Source: Octopus sinensis
Taxonomy: Eukaryota
Reading direction: 5' to 3'
Length of the DNA: 20,602 nt
Assembly (NCBI RefSeq): GCF_006345805.1
Contig: NW_021823946.1
Location: 1 to 20,602 of the forward strand
Below the pieces are notes generated by a model. The model saw only the letters and a list, made by a program, of their open reading frames with translations. It ran no database searches and was not told where the DNA came from. Position 1 is the first letter of the stretch. Every line of letters begins with the position of its first letter. Positions 11,027 through 20,602 of the stretch are shown in pieces. A program made the position numbers and the translations under genes.

Positions 11027-11413
11027 GTATTACATCAGTTTTAAATGTCGAGCAATCTTCAGCAGAGAGGTTAATTTCATCATTAAGTGGTAGTATGTTC
11101 TTAATGATGAAATTAACCTCTCTGTCTATATATCTACCCTCTTTGTAATGTTAGCAAATGAAATAAGTTGTCCGTTTAATCAAAAACTTGTATATGTGGC
11201 TGAAGATTGCTCGACATTTTAAAACTGATGTAGTACTTACAGTGTTTAATAAAATGATGTAGCATAAAACAATTGTACTACACTACCTTGGATATTCTTG
11301 TTGTTTATTTTTATTATAATCACCCCATTTGATTTATATGGATAATACCATACGAAATTCTGATGCCTTTAACTTAAGTACCATAGTCATCTGAATCTAA
11401 ATTTTGCTGAACT
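11027..11413 (+). mobile_element. hammerhead-containing pLTR-like module with nested inverted repeats
   Basis: Outer IR 11027-11063/11199-11236; perfect 25-bp inner IR 11063-11087/11100-11124; hammerhead motif at 11195-11282. The module ends at (TA)n and shares downstream motifs with 4793-5033(-). Confidence 0.7.
11195..11282 (+). ncRNA. type I hammerhead motif with mutated core (GAAA>AAAA)
   Basis: tgtgg CTGAAGA ttgctcgacatttta...taaaatgatgtagcat AAAA caattg TA ctaca. It has the same ACAATTGT helix III and GUA triplet as 5243-5333. Confidence 0.65.
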
Positions 11414-11453
11414 TATATATATCTTTATATATATATGTATGTATGTATGTATG

Positions 11454-11488
<35 letters not shown>

Positions 11489-11515
11489 GATATATAACAC
11501 ACATATTATATATAC

Positions 11516-11546
<31 letters not shown>

Positions 11547-11589
11547 CATACATATAATATATATAGTGTTATTATAGATTATATACATC

Positions 11590-11625
<36 letters not shown>

Positions 11626-11643
11626 ATATACATAAACACATAT

Positions 11644-11692
<49 letters not shown>

Positions 11693-11792
11693 CACGATGC
11701 TACAACTTGAAAGTCGTATCTTTCTTAGCCTTTTTAGAATTCCCAGCATAAAATATACGTGTGTGTGTGCTTGTGTGCGTGCTTGTGTGTGT

Positions 11793-11835
<43 letters not shown>

Positions 11836-11851
11836 TGTGTGTGTGTGTGTG
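11414..11851. repeat. (TA)n, (TATG)n and (TG)n microsatellites with a short unique spacer
   Basis: Directly visible. Confidence 0.9.
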
Positions 11852-12065
11852 CTAGCACTTACTTCCATTTCATCTTACAACTAACAAACCAATTTTTCAT
11901 TAAACATCAAATTACTTCAATTTTACGCATCAAATATGTCTTTAATAAAATTTTTTGCAACACTGTCCAAGTAATCATCGTTTCTTCTTCTCCTTTCTTT
12001 TATTTTTCATTTCCTTAATGCGTAATTATTCCGGACTACGAACGTGTATCAATAGTACATCAATC

Positions 12066-12136
12066 TTATTCAACAATCTGATGAGCCATAGGCGAAACCT
12101 GAAGAACCTTATGCATATATCAGATATATTGAATAA
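12066..12136 (+). ncRNA. type I hammerhead ribozyme motif, compact helix II
   Basis: ttattcaacaat CTGATGA gcc-ata-ggc GAAA cctga...tcaga TA tattgaataa. The core is canonical with a G-C closed 3-bp helix II; helix I ttattcaa/ttgaataa has an imperfect proximal part; helix III has one mismatch. Confidence 0.75.
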
Positions 12137-12470
12137 ATTAACATAATCACTCTGTGCAGCCTTCTTGCTCATTGAATGGAACAGCAGTTATGCATACCAA
12201 AAGTTGACTTCCTATAGGCAAATATCTATATGTGTGTCTGATACACACAGACGTGCATGTCTGTGTGAATGTGTGCGTGTCTATGAGTGTGTGTGTGTTT
12301 GTGTATGCGTGCGACTGTATATGCATGTATATATGTATGTATCAACATACAAACTAATATTTGCTTATAGAAATATACATTGTATGATTGTATGTATGCT
12401 TATGTAAACATATACATACATATATATATAAGTAATATATACATACGTATATAAATTATATACACACACG

Positions 12471-12530
<60 letters not shown>

Positions 12531-12989
12531 GGGAGTATAACTCCAAACTTACAGGGGAAAATTCAATTTAGTATTGAATCAAATTTCACAATATAAATAT
12601 ATATACTTAAAAATCTATATTTTTTTCTATCAATAAACATATAACTAATAAATAGATTTGTCCATTATTACTTACATAAGTATTATAGATATCTTTAGAA
12701 AAAATTTAGGAAATACAATTAAAGAATTGAAGAATTCCAAATTAAAAACGTATAGCCTATCTTTATAAAATACTTATTATTACTATTATTAAAAACACTT
12801 TACGATCTAGAGAGGAAAGTGACTAACTAATATCTTAAAATTTACATTCAGATATAATAATTAAATAAATGTACATATCTAAATTATCATTAACAAATAA
12901 TAAAATTATAAATTCATATTCAACAATCAATAGTTATATAGAGTACAATACTATTTCTTAAATAAAAAAGTTTACTTATCTCTCAAAAA

Positions 12990-13657
12990 GCGTATCAATT
13001 TTCGTCGCCAGAAATGATTCGGTAAAGAAATCGTTGCTTGCGTCAATGATTTGAGCGGTGACGAGCAAGCAAACCAGCGGAGATTGTGGCTCGTTGATTT
13101 TTTGTTGTTGTCACTTAAAGCATGCGGAACACATGCTCCATACTTCTGAACCTTTCCCACCGATTGAAGATGCTTCTATATGGCAGTGTGGGAGCATTCC
13201 ATTTTCTCTGCCAGTTCCCTTGTCGTTTGACGAGAATATTCGTGCAAAAGTTGGTTAAATCGCTCTTCATCGAACTCGACTGGACGGCCTTAACGAGGTG
13301 CGTCTTTGAGGTCAAAATTTCCATATTTGAACTTGGCATTCCAATCACGAGCGGTTCTTTCAGCTATGGCACCCTCTTCATACACAGCACAAATGTCGCG
13401 AGCAGCTTTTTTACGGCCTTAGAACCTTGATTAAAATCAAAAAGAAGGTGTCGAAAATGCTCGTTTTTCTTAACTTGACATTCTATTTTAATGATCTGAA
13501 AATAAACAAAATCTTACTAAAATTAACTAGAAAAAAAAAACAGATTCCAAAATTATTCAAACATAGAATTGTCGAACAAAAAATAGATTTCAAAATTTAA
13601 AAACGCAATAAATTCCAAAATTTAAAAAATGGTGGAAACTTAGTTGACAACCCAATA
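12990..13657 (-). mobile_element. 5' half of a decayed mariner (Tc1/mariner) DNA transposon
   Basis: TA + TIR ttgggttgtcaactaagtttccaccattttt on the minus strand (13655-13625), followed by a transposase pseudogene. Truncated just after the first catalytic Asp; no second TIR. Confidence 0.92.
12993..13486 (-). pseudogene. mariner transposase N-terminal half (HTH domains to first catalytic D)
   Basis: (I)ECQVKKNEHFRHLLFDFNQGSKA..AARDICAVYEEGAIAERTARDWNAKFKYGNFDLKDAPR*GRPVEFDEE..QTTRELAEKMECSHTAI*KHLQSVGKVQKYGACVPHALS..RFLYRIISGDEN. This contains the mariner GRP, WVPHEL-like and TGDEKW-like motifs. The ATG is mutated to ATA, with stops and frameshifts. Confidence 0.92.
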
Positions 13658-13702
13658 TATAAAACTATATATATACATATATATATAATCTATATATATA
13701 AT

Positions 13703-13732
<30 letters not shown>

Positions 13733-13733
<1 letters not shown>

Positions 13734-13873
13734 CTTTATTTAAAAGCAGAAGAAAATATAACAAGCTGTTGTTCAGAGTTTCACGTTCATCGGACAGTTT
13801 TGTTAAAATTTTAAGAACCTCTCCGATGACCGGGAACGTGAATTCTGTGTAACAGATTTTGTTATATTTTCTT
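13733..13873. mobile_element. small fold-back element with degenerate hammerhead-like motif in both arms
   Basis: IR aagaaaatataacaa(13750)...ttgttatattttctt(13873). The minus arm reads ctgt CCGATGA acgt GAAA ctctgaac aacag and the plus arm CCGATGA ccgggaacgt GAAT tctgtg TA acag. Abuts (TA)n. Confidence 0.55.
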
Positions 13874-14246
13874 ATTCTTTGTAAGCCTAGGACTTATTCT
13901 ATCGGTCTCTTTTGCCGAACCGCTAATTTACAGGGACGTAAGCACACCAGCATCGGTTGTCAAGCGATGCTGGAGGGGACAAACACAGACACACAAATAT
14001 ATATACTACATGTACATATATATATTATATATATATATATATATTATATATATATATATACATACATACATATATACGACGAGTTTCTTTCAGTTCCCAT
14101 CAACCAATCCACTCACAAGGCTTTGGTTGGCCCGAGAGTATAGAAAAAGATACTTGCCCAAGGTGTCATGCAGTGGGACTGAATCCAAAACAATGTGGTC
14201 CGTAAGCAAGCTACTTACTACTTACCATACAGCCACTCCTACGCCT
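13871..14246 (-). mobile_element. tRNA-derived SINE with internal (TA)n, 3'-truncated
   Basis: The minus strand starts aggcgtaggagTGGCTGTATGGTAAG (A box) ... GGATTCAGTCCC (B-box-like), then caccttgggcaagt (CORE/MIR-like motif), an internal microsatellite, and a 3' body shared with 5515-5662. Confidence 0.85.
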
Positions 14247-14952
14247 ATGTATATATGTATATATATATACATACATATATATATATATATATATATGTAT
14301 ATATTATATATACATATATATACATACATATATATATATTTATATATTTATATATTATATATATATATGTATTTATGTATAAATACATATGCATAACATA
14401 TAAATGTTATACATATATATATATATATATATAATATTTATATACGTTTATACGTATACAAACTTCGAAGCACAATTAAAATATAACATTATACAATAAA
14501 ACTTGCTTTCCTCGACAAATTATTTTGTTCTTGAAAATAAAAAAAAATTGTAAATTATAAATTGTTAACCAATAAAAGCAATAAAATAGCAACAATCACA
14601 AACGCTATCTCGACCATGACAACAATAACCACAACAACAAAGCGAACAACAATAACGACAATCACGAACAGAGTTTTGAGTACAAGAAAAATTACAGCAA
14701 CAACTAAAGCCATGGCAACCTGTGCGTTGAACAAGTAATCTCGATACGAAAGCGTTATAGGAGACCCAATATCAAATATGATTCCTGAATTTGATATTCT
14801 ATGCAGTAGACATATTTTACAAGTCTGTACTTGGGTGTGTGTGTGTGTAGGTGTGGTGGCGATAAAATATATTGACAGACAATAAATAGATGTACCTAAC
14901 ACCCTGGAGAAAGAAAAGAAAAACTAACTTTTTCTCTCTCTCTCTCCTGTTT

Positions 14953-15020
14953 AATATATGAATATATATGTACATATATATATCATATATTAAACAGGAA
15001 TATATATAAGTACATGTGTC

Positions 15021-15071
<51 letters not shown>

Positions 15072-15076
15072 ATATA

Positions 15077-15112
<36 letters not shown>

Positions 15113-15161
15113 TGTATGTATGTATGTATGTATGTATGTTGGTACACACATTGCGTGTATA

Positions 15162-15200
<39 letters not shown>

Positions 15201-15471
15201 ATATATATATTCATATATTCATATATATATACATGTGTATAATATATGCAGCATGCATATATATGTGTGTATATATAATATATAATATATATATATATTA
15301 CTTTCTTATATATACATTTATATATGCATACATATATATATTAATAAATGAATATATATATACATATATATGCATAGATATATATACTATATATATATAT
15401 GTTATATACATACATATGCATGTATACATATGTATGCATATATATATATATATGTGTATATATATATAAAT

Positions 15472-15507
<36 letters not shown>

Positions 15508-15580
15508 CTATATATATGCATATATATATATATAAATATATATACATACACACATGCAAACATACATATATATATATGCA
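14953..15580. repeat. long interrupted (TA)n/(TATG)n tract
   Basis: Directly visible. Confidence 0.95.
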
Positions 15581-15599
15581 TCTTTTATCTTGTGGAGTG

Positions 15600-15642
15600 A
15601 GTCGGACAAGGGAATGATGACAGAGAAAGATACTGAGGGGTT

Positions 15643-15673
<31 letters not shown>

Positions 15674-16128
15674 GGTGAATAAGAGTGTCAGTGTGCTATA
15701 TAGATGAAGGGGGTGATCAAAAGAGATAGATATAAAGATACAATGCCACAGATTGACCGAGAGTTAGAGAAGTTCGTGGAGACAGTAATAGAGGGGGAGA
15801 AAGAGAGCGGGGAAAAGGGAGATATACAGAGATGGTTATAAGGGAGGGGGTAAAGAGAAAGAGATAATGACAGACATGGAGAGTGAAAGGACAGACTGAG
15901 GGGACAACTAGAAGAATGCCAAAGAGAGAAAGAGAGAGAGGGGTGAGAGAGAGAGAGAGAGACAGACGAGGTGAGATGAGCATAGAGTAAGAAAAGGAGA
16001 ACGGGAGTGTGAAAGAGAGGAAGAAGAGAGAAAGAGAGAAACAAGGAGAATAAGAGAAACATATAGATTCAAGGAGATAGAATGAGACTCAGAAAGAAGA
16101 GAGAGCGAGAGGAGAGACAGACAGACAT

Positions 16129-16160
<32 letters not shown>

Positions 16161-16250
16161 AGAAAAAGATGAGCATTGACAGAATGAAACTGACTGGCAG
16201 AGAAATAAAGACACACGGACAATGGAAGTAAGACAGACGAAAGAGACGGA
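15600..16250. repeat. purine-rich degenerate (GA)n/(GACA)n low-complexity tract
   Basis: Directly visible strand-asymmetric purine run. Confidence 0.8.
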
Positions 16251-16309
16251 CTGAACACACTCTAAAAGAGATGTTTTTTCTGCTCGTGGGCCATGGATAT
16301 CTCAGTTGA

Positions 16310-16537
16310 GGCGAGCTGTCAGAAACGTTAGCACGCCGGGCGAAATGCGTAGCAGTATTTCGTCTGCCGTTACGTTCTGAGTTCAAATTCCGCCGAGGTT
16401 GACTTTGCCTTTCATCCTTTCGGGGTCGATAAATTAAGTACCAGTTACGCACTGGGGTCGATGTATTCGACTTAATCCGTTTGTCTGTCCTTGTTTGTCC
16501 CCTCTATGTTTAGCCCCTAATGAGTAGTAAAGAAACA
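16310..16537 (+). mobile_element. near full-length tRNA-derived SINE with 15-bp TSD
   Basis: A-box-like TGTCAGAAACGTT, B-box-like GAGTTCAAATTCC, core gactttgcctttcatcctttcggggtcgataaattaagtaccagt. Flanked by the direct repeat gatatctcagttgag at 16296-16310 and 16538-16552. Confidence 0.95.
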
Positions 16538-16789
16538 GATATCTCAGTTGAGATACTGATAGTTGGAAATCAATCCAACAGACACGGAAATGTCACGAAC
16601 AAGGCTTGTCCCAGACGCATTTTGAACGACAAAACTGTTCTGTACGAAATCGTTCGGTGTCTGATCATTGTTTGCCCATGGATTTATGTTCAACGGCGGA
16701 TCCAGCAAGCAGCCAAGTCCACCGTGTCGATTATCTGACCGTCTTTCTTCGGTTGGAAAGCGAGGGTCCTTATTGCACGACTGATCACT

Positions 16790-16850
16790 ATGGCGAAAGT
16801 GCGTGCATGGCGAAAGGGCGTGCATGGCGAAAGGGCGTGCATAGCAAAGA
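16790..16850 (+). repeat. 17-bp tandem repeat x3.5 (atggcgaaagggcgtgc)
   Basis: Units at 16790, 16807, 16824 and a partial unit at 16841. Confidence 0.95.
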
Positions 16851-17330
16851 GGACACAAAGCAGAGGCAACGAATCCTTCGCATTTTTCAAGTCCCTAATA
16901 CCTCTTTGATGGTTCTTTTGATGGATGTGGATGGTGAGGGGCCAACCCGCAGTAAATTTACAAAAACCTGGGTGTGAGGGAGGCGAGCAAGAGCCCAGGG
17001 GATGAATCTGTTTAGTTCATGTGCCCTTAGGCCCTAATGATAATCAGGAATCTGCAGAGTTCGTTGATTCGACCCCAAGTGGCAGCATCAAACTCTATTG
17101 AGATTTTCTTCATTTCATTTCCGTTAATAGAGTTTTTTTTATATTTTCCGTGCCCCGTTTTTCTCATCATAGATTCTGTGAGTTGTAAACCCCCAATTTT
17201 TTATAATACACACACATACATAGAAACACACATACACACACACGGACACGGGCACACTCACACACACACACCATTTTATGTGTTTCGGAATGTCCCTTCA
17301 TCCGTCACCCTTGTGGCAAATCTTAAAGAA

Positions 17331-17420
17331 ATTATTATTGCTATCATCATAGTCATCATTATCATCATCATCATCCTCGTCGCCGATGTCGTCGTCATCA
17401 TCACATCATCATCATCATTG

Positions 17421-17455
<35 letters not shown>

Positions 17456-17456
17456 G

Positions 17457-17500
<44 letters not shown>

Positions 17501-17820
17501 GTCATCATCATCATCATCATCATCATCGTCATCATCATCATCGCCGATGTCACCGTCGTCATCATCCTCGTCGTCGTCGTCTTCGTCGTCGTCCGCATCG
17601 TCCTCACTATCCTCACCATATCATCATCACCATCATCATCACCATCATCATCATCATCATCCTCATCATCATCATCATCGTCATCATCATCGCCGATGTC
17701 ATCATCATCATCATCGTCGTCGTCGTCGTCCGCATCGTCCTCACTATCATCACCATATCATCATAATCATCATCACCTTCATCACCATCGTCATCATTAT
17801 CATCATCGTTATTATTGTTA
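17331..17820. repeat. (CAT)n/(CGT)n tract with higher-order duplication
   Basis: cgccgatgtc at 17381, 17542 and 17691; gtccgcatcgtcctcactatc at 17591 and 17728. Confidence 0.9.
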
Positions 17821-18359
17821 TTGGTATTTTTGTTGTTTTTGTTGTTATAGTTTTACAATATTGCTGTCTGTGTTCGAAATATTCTCCTCTGTATTAGGTT
17901 CCAATTTTTTTCTCTTTTTCTGTTTTTTCCCCCTTTTTTTCTTGTTAAACTTTAGAAAGGACGGAGGAAAGGGGAGAGAGAGAGAACAAAAAAAAGGGGG
18001 TTGAGGGCCCCCTTTGAAGCTTTCTGATTTCTTTATGCGAAACCCTACAGTCACCGCACACATCCCTTCCAACCCAGACCAACCCACCCGACACCCACGT
18101 ATCTGCACCACCACACACCCCGCCTACTCACAATATCCCCCCTCTCTCTCTCTCTCTCTCTTTCACTGTCTTTGTTTGTTCTCTAGGCAACCTTAAGGAA
18201 ACGATCCTTACACAACAACAATAACAACAGCAACAACAAATTATTAATTTTCTTTCCCATCATCAATAACGCCTCTTACGTAAAGGTATTGGCGCTTTTT
18301 TTTAATTATTTATTTGTTTGTTTGTTTGTTGTTCTTTTGTTGGGGGTTTGTTTTTGAGA

Positions 18360-18392
<33 letters not shown>

Positions 18393-18736
18393 ATTTATTT
18401 ATTCATTTTTTTTTGGTATTTCGATGCCAACAAAGGAACACGTTTCGATTCAAGGAATGTGGTGATTCGTTTATTGGTGCTTCTGTCGCCGATTCTAATC
18501 ATACAAAAAAAAAAGAAAAAAAAAAAAAAGAAAAAGGAATAGAAAAAAAAGAAAAAGAAAAAGAAAAAGAATATCTTACTGAAGAAATTTAATTACACCT
18601 CGTTTTGGACTTTGATTATTGAAGAAAAATAAAATAAAATAAAATAAAATAAAAATAAACAATAAACAATAATGTTAAAACAAACAATTCAAACAGTCGA
18701 CTTCTACCGAAGAGAAAAAACAAAACCATTTGCAAA

Positions 18737-19255
18737 TACTACTACTACTACTACCACTACTACTACTTCCACCAGCACCACCATCGCTACCACTACTACA
18801 GGATTCACTACTACTGCTACTACAACTACTATTACAACATTCACTACTACTACTGCAACTACCACTATATCCACTACTACTACCACCACCACCACATCCA
18901 CTACAACTACTACCACCACTACCACATTCACTACTACTACTACTACTACTACCACATCCACTACTACTACCACCCCCACATTCACTACTACTACCACCAC
19001 CACATCCACTACTACTACTACTACCACCGCCACTACTGCTGCATTAACTACTACTTCTACTAATTGTACTGATTCTGCTCCTAGCACTACTACTACTATT
19101 ACTATTGCGATTACAGTAAACGTCACAACTATCACAGAACACCACCACCACCACGACTACTACCAATACACTCACGACCACGACCGCAACCACTACGTAT
19201 GCCAGCGCCAGCACCTTCATTAAGACCAGTACCACCATCACAATTACTATCACCA
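18737..19255. repeat. (ACT)n/(ACC)n tract punctuated by recurring ttc/tcc
   Basis: Directly visible; reads as poly-Thr with alternating F/S. Confidence 0.9.
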
Positions 19256-19373
19256 TTTAGAATTGTCAACATATCGACATGGGAACCTTGGTGTGGTTAT
19301 TTGAGCTACTAAAAATAACAGTCAAATATCTTCCTCAAACTACAGGTAGTGTCTGACATCCTGAAATAAGAAA

Positions 19374-19445
19374 ATAGAAACGTACATTAGATACACACGA
19401 CACACGACATCTGAATATATATATTATATATATATATATATATAT

Positions 19446-19499
<54 letters not shown>

Positions 19500-19516
19500 T
19501 ATTATATGTATAGATA

Positions 19517-19574
<58 letters not shown>

Positions 19575-19713
19575 ATATATATATATATAATATATATTTT
19601 ATATATATATATACATATATATATACATGTATATTATATATATATATATATATCTATATATATATATATATTCAGATGTCGTGTGTCGTGTGTATCTAAT
19701 GTACGTTTTCTAT
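19374..19713. repeat. ~42-bp inverted repeat enclosing ~255 bp of interrupted (TA)n
   Basis: atagaaacgtacattagatacacacgacacacgacatctgaa (19374-19414) versus ttcagatgtcgtgtgtcgtgtgtatctaatgtacgttttctat (19671-19713), with one homopolymer indel. Confidence 0.95.
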
Positions 19714-19768
19714 ATGAATATATATATATATTTTATATATATATATATACATACACACACACACACAC

Positions 19769-19804
<36 letters not shown>

Positions 19805-19835
19805 TCATATATATATATATATATTATATATATAA

Positions 19836-19888
<53 letters not shown>

Positions 19889-19960
19889 GTGTGTGTGTTG
19901 TGTGGTGTGTGTATGTATATATATATATTAAAAATATATATATATATTCATATATATTTT

Positions 19961-20190
19961 TTTCTTTACTACCCACAAGGGGCTAAACATAGAGGAGACA
20001 AACAAGGACAGATACACGGATTAAGTCGATTACATCGACCCCAATGCGTAACTGGTACTTAATTTATCGACCCCGAAAGGATCAAAGGCAAAGTCGACCT
20101 CAGTGGAATTTGAACTCAGAACGTAACAACAGACGAAATACCACTAAGCATTTCGCCCGGCGTGCTAACGATTCTGCCAGCTCGCCACCT
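19961..20190 (-). mobile_element. full-length tRNA-derived SINE
   Basis: Reverse complement of the 16310-16537 family, with A box TGGCAGAATCGTT and B box GAGTTCAAATTCC. Confidence 0.95.
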
Positions 20191-20602
20191 TCACCGTGAT
20201 CACCGACCAGCGTCGTGGAGCTTTTAGGTGAGACAGAAAATAGAATTCACGATATATTATTCTGAAGCACTACTGTCGTTTCGACCCAACATGTGCCAGT
20301 ACCTAACTGGTAGGATGCTGTACAATCAGTTGTCGTGCATTATTGATGCGGCATGTCACCTGTAAGGTATGGGTACATGATGAATGGAAACGATCATGGT
20401 GGTTCTGAATAAAGAGCTTCGAAAATTCCATATTTTCTATCTCTCATCGGTTATATATAAACTCTTCGGACACAAGGGAGTTCCTAGTGTAAATAAATCC
20501 TGTGGCACATACATCTATATTGCTGTTGACACCAGGTAGCCGAATACTGTGGACGGGCTTTAAACAACGTAATACAAGGTGTATACCTGAATGTAAAATT
20601 TA

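Larger units (their letters stand above)
16270..17210 (+). mobile_element. decayed L1/Tx1-like LINE 3' end (zf-RVT CCHC region + 3' UTR), interrupted by a SINE
   Basis: RHGNVTNKACPRRILNDKTVLYEIVRC..PWIYV...MAKVRAW...AFFK...SKFTKTWV* resembles the C-terminal CPxC...ETxxH...C knuckle and W..R / F...W motifs of L1-clade ORF2. A T-rich UTR ends in aataca + (CA)n. Confidence 0.6.

Noticed and set aside
16310-16395. tRNA gene
   Set aside because: A/B boxes are present, but there is no cloverleaf and it continues into a multi-copy SINE body with a TSD.
16790-16850. CRISPR-like or iteron-like repeat
   Set aside because: The units are contiguous with no spacers, no cas or rep gene is present, and the context is eukaryotic.
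427-19887. Most ORFs in the supplied track (YIYI, poly-L/I/S/H/T/V, LSIY)
   Set aside because: They are translations of microsatellites with no domain content; overlapping frames on both strands are equally open.
20270-20335. Possible minus-strand hammerhead (ctgattg...cgaaac)
   Set aside because: The core reads CUGAUUG rather than CUGANGA, and no convincing helix I or III is present.
20191-20602. Possible decayed LINE 3' end on the minus strand
   Set aside because: Only vague peptide resemblance; I could not recover ordered motifs.

Overview
AT-rich, microsatellite-saturated eukaryotic non-coding DNA. The SINE and simple-repeat style resembles an octopus/cephalopod genome, but that is inference. 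No host protein-coding exon is supported: almost all listed ORFs are translations of simple repeats. Recognisable content includes a decayed RTE-clade LINE RT fragment (3574-4415, -), a decayed L1/Tx1-like LINE 3' end with a SINE nested in it by a 15-bp TSD (16270-17210), a 5' half mariner with TIR and TA (12990-13657, -), several tRNA-derived SINEs including a tandem triplet sharing one junction, and two copies of a ~550-bp AAT-tailed element. The main hidden signal is a set of type I hammerhead-ribozyme motifs (CUGANGA...GAAA...NUH, mostly with short palindromic helix III) at 4695-4753(-), 4943-5033(-)/5243-5333(+), 11195-11282(+), 12066-12136(+) and, degenerate, 13766-13855. They lie in sequence-divergent non-coding modules next to (TA)n or (TG)n tracts, three of them folded into inverted repeats. 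This is the architecture expected of Penelope-like retroelement pseudo-LTRs or retrozyme-like elements. Self-cleavage is untested.
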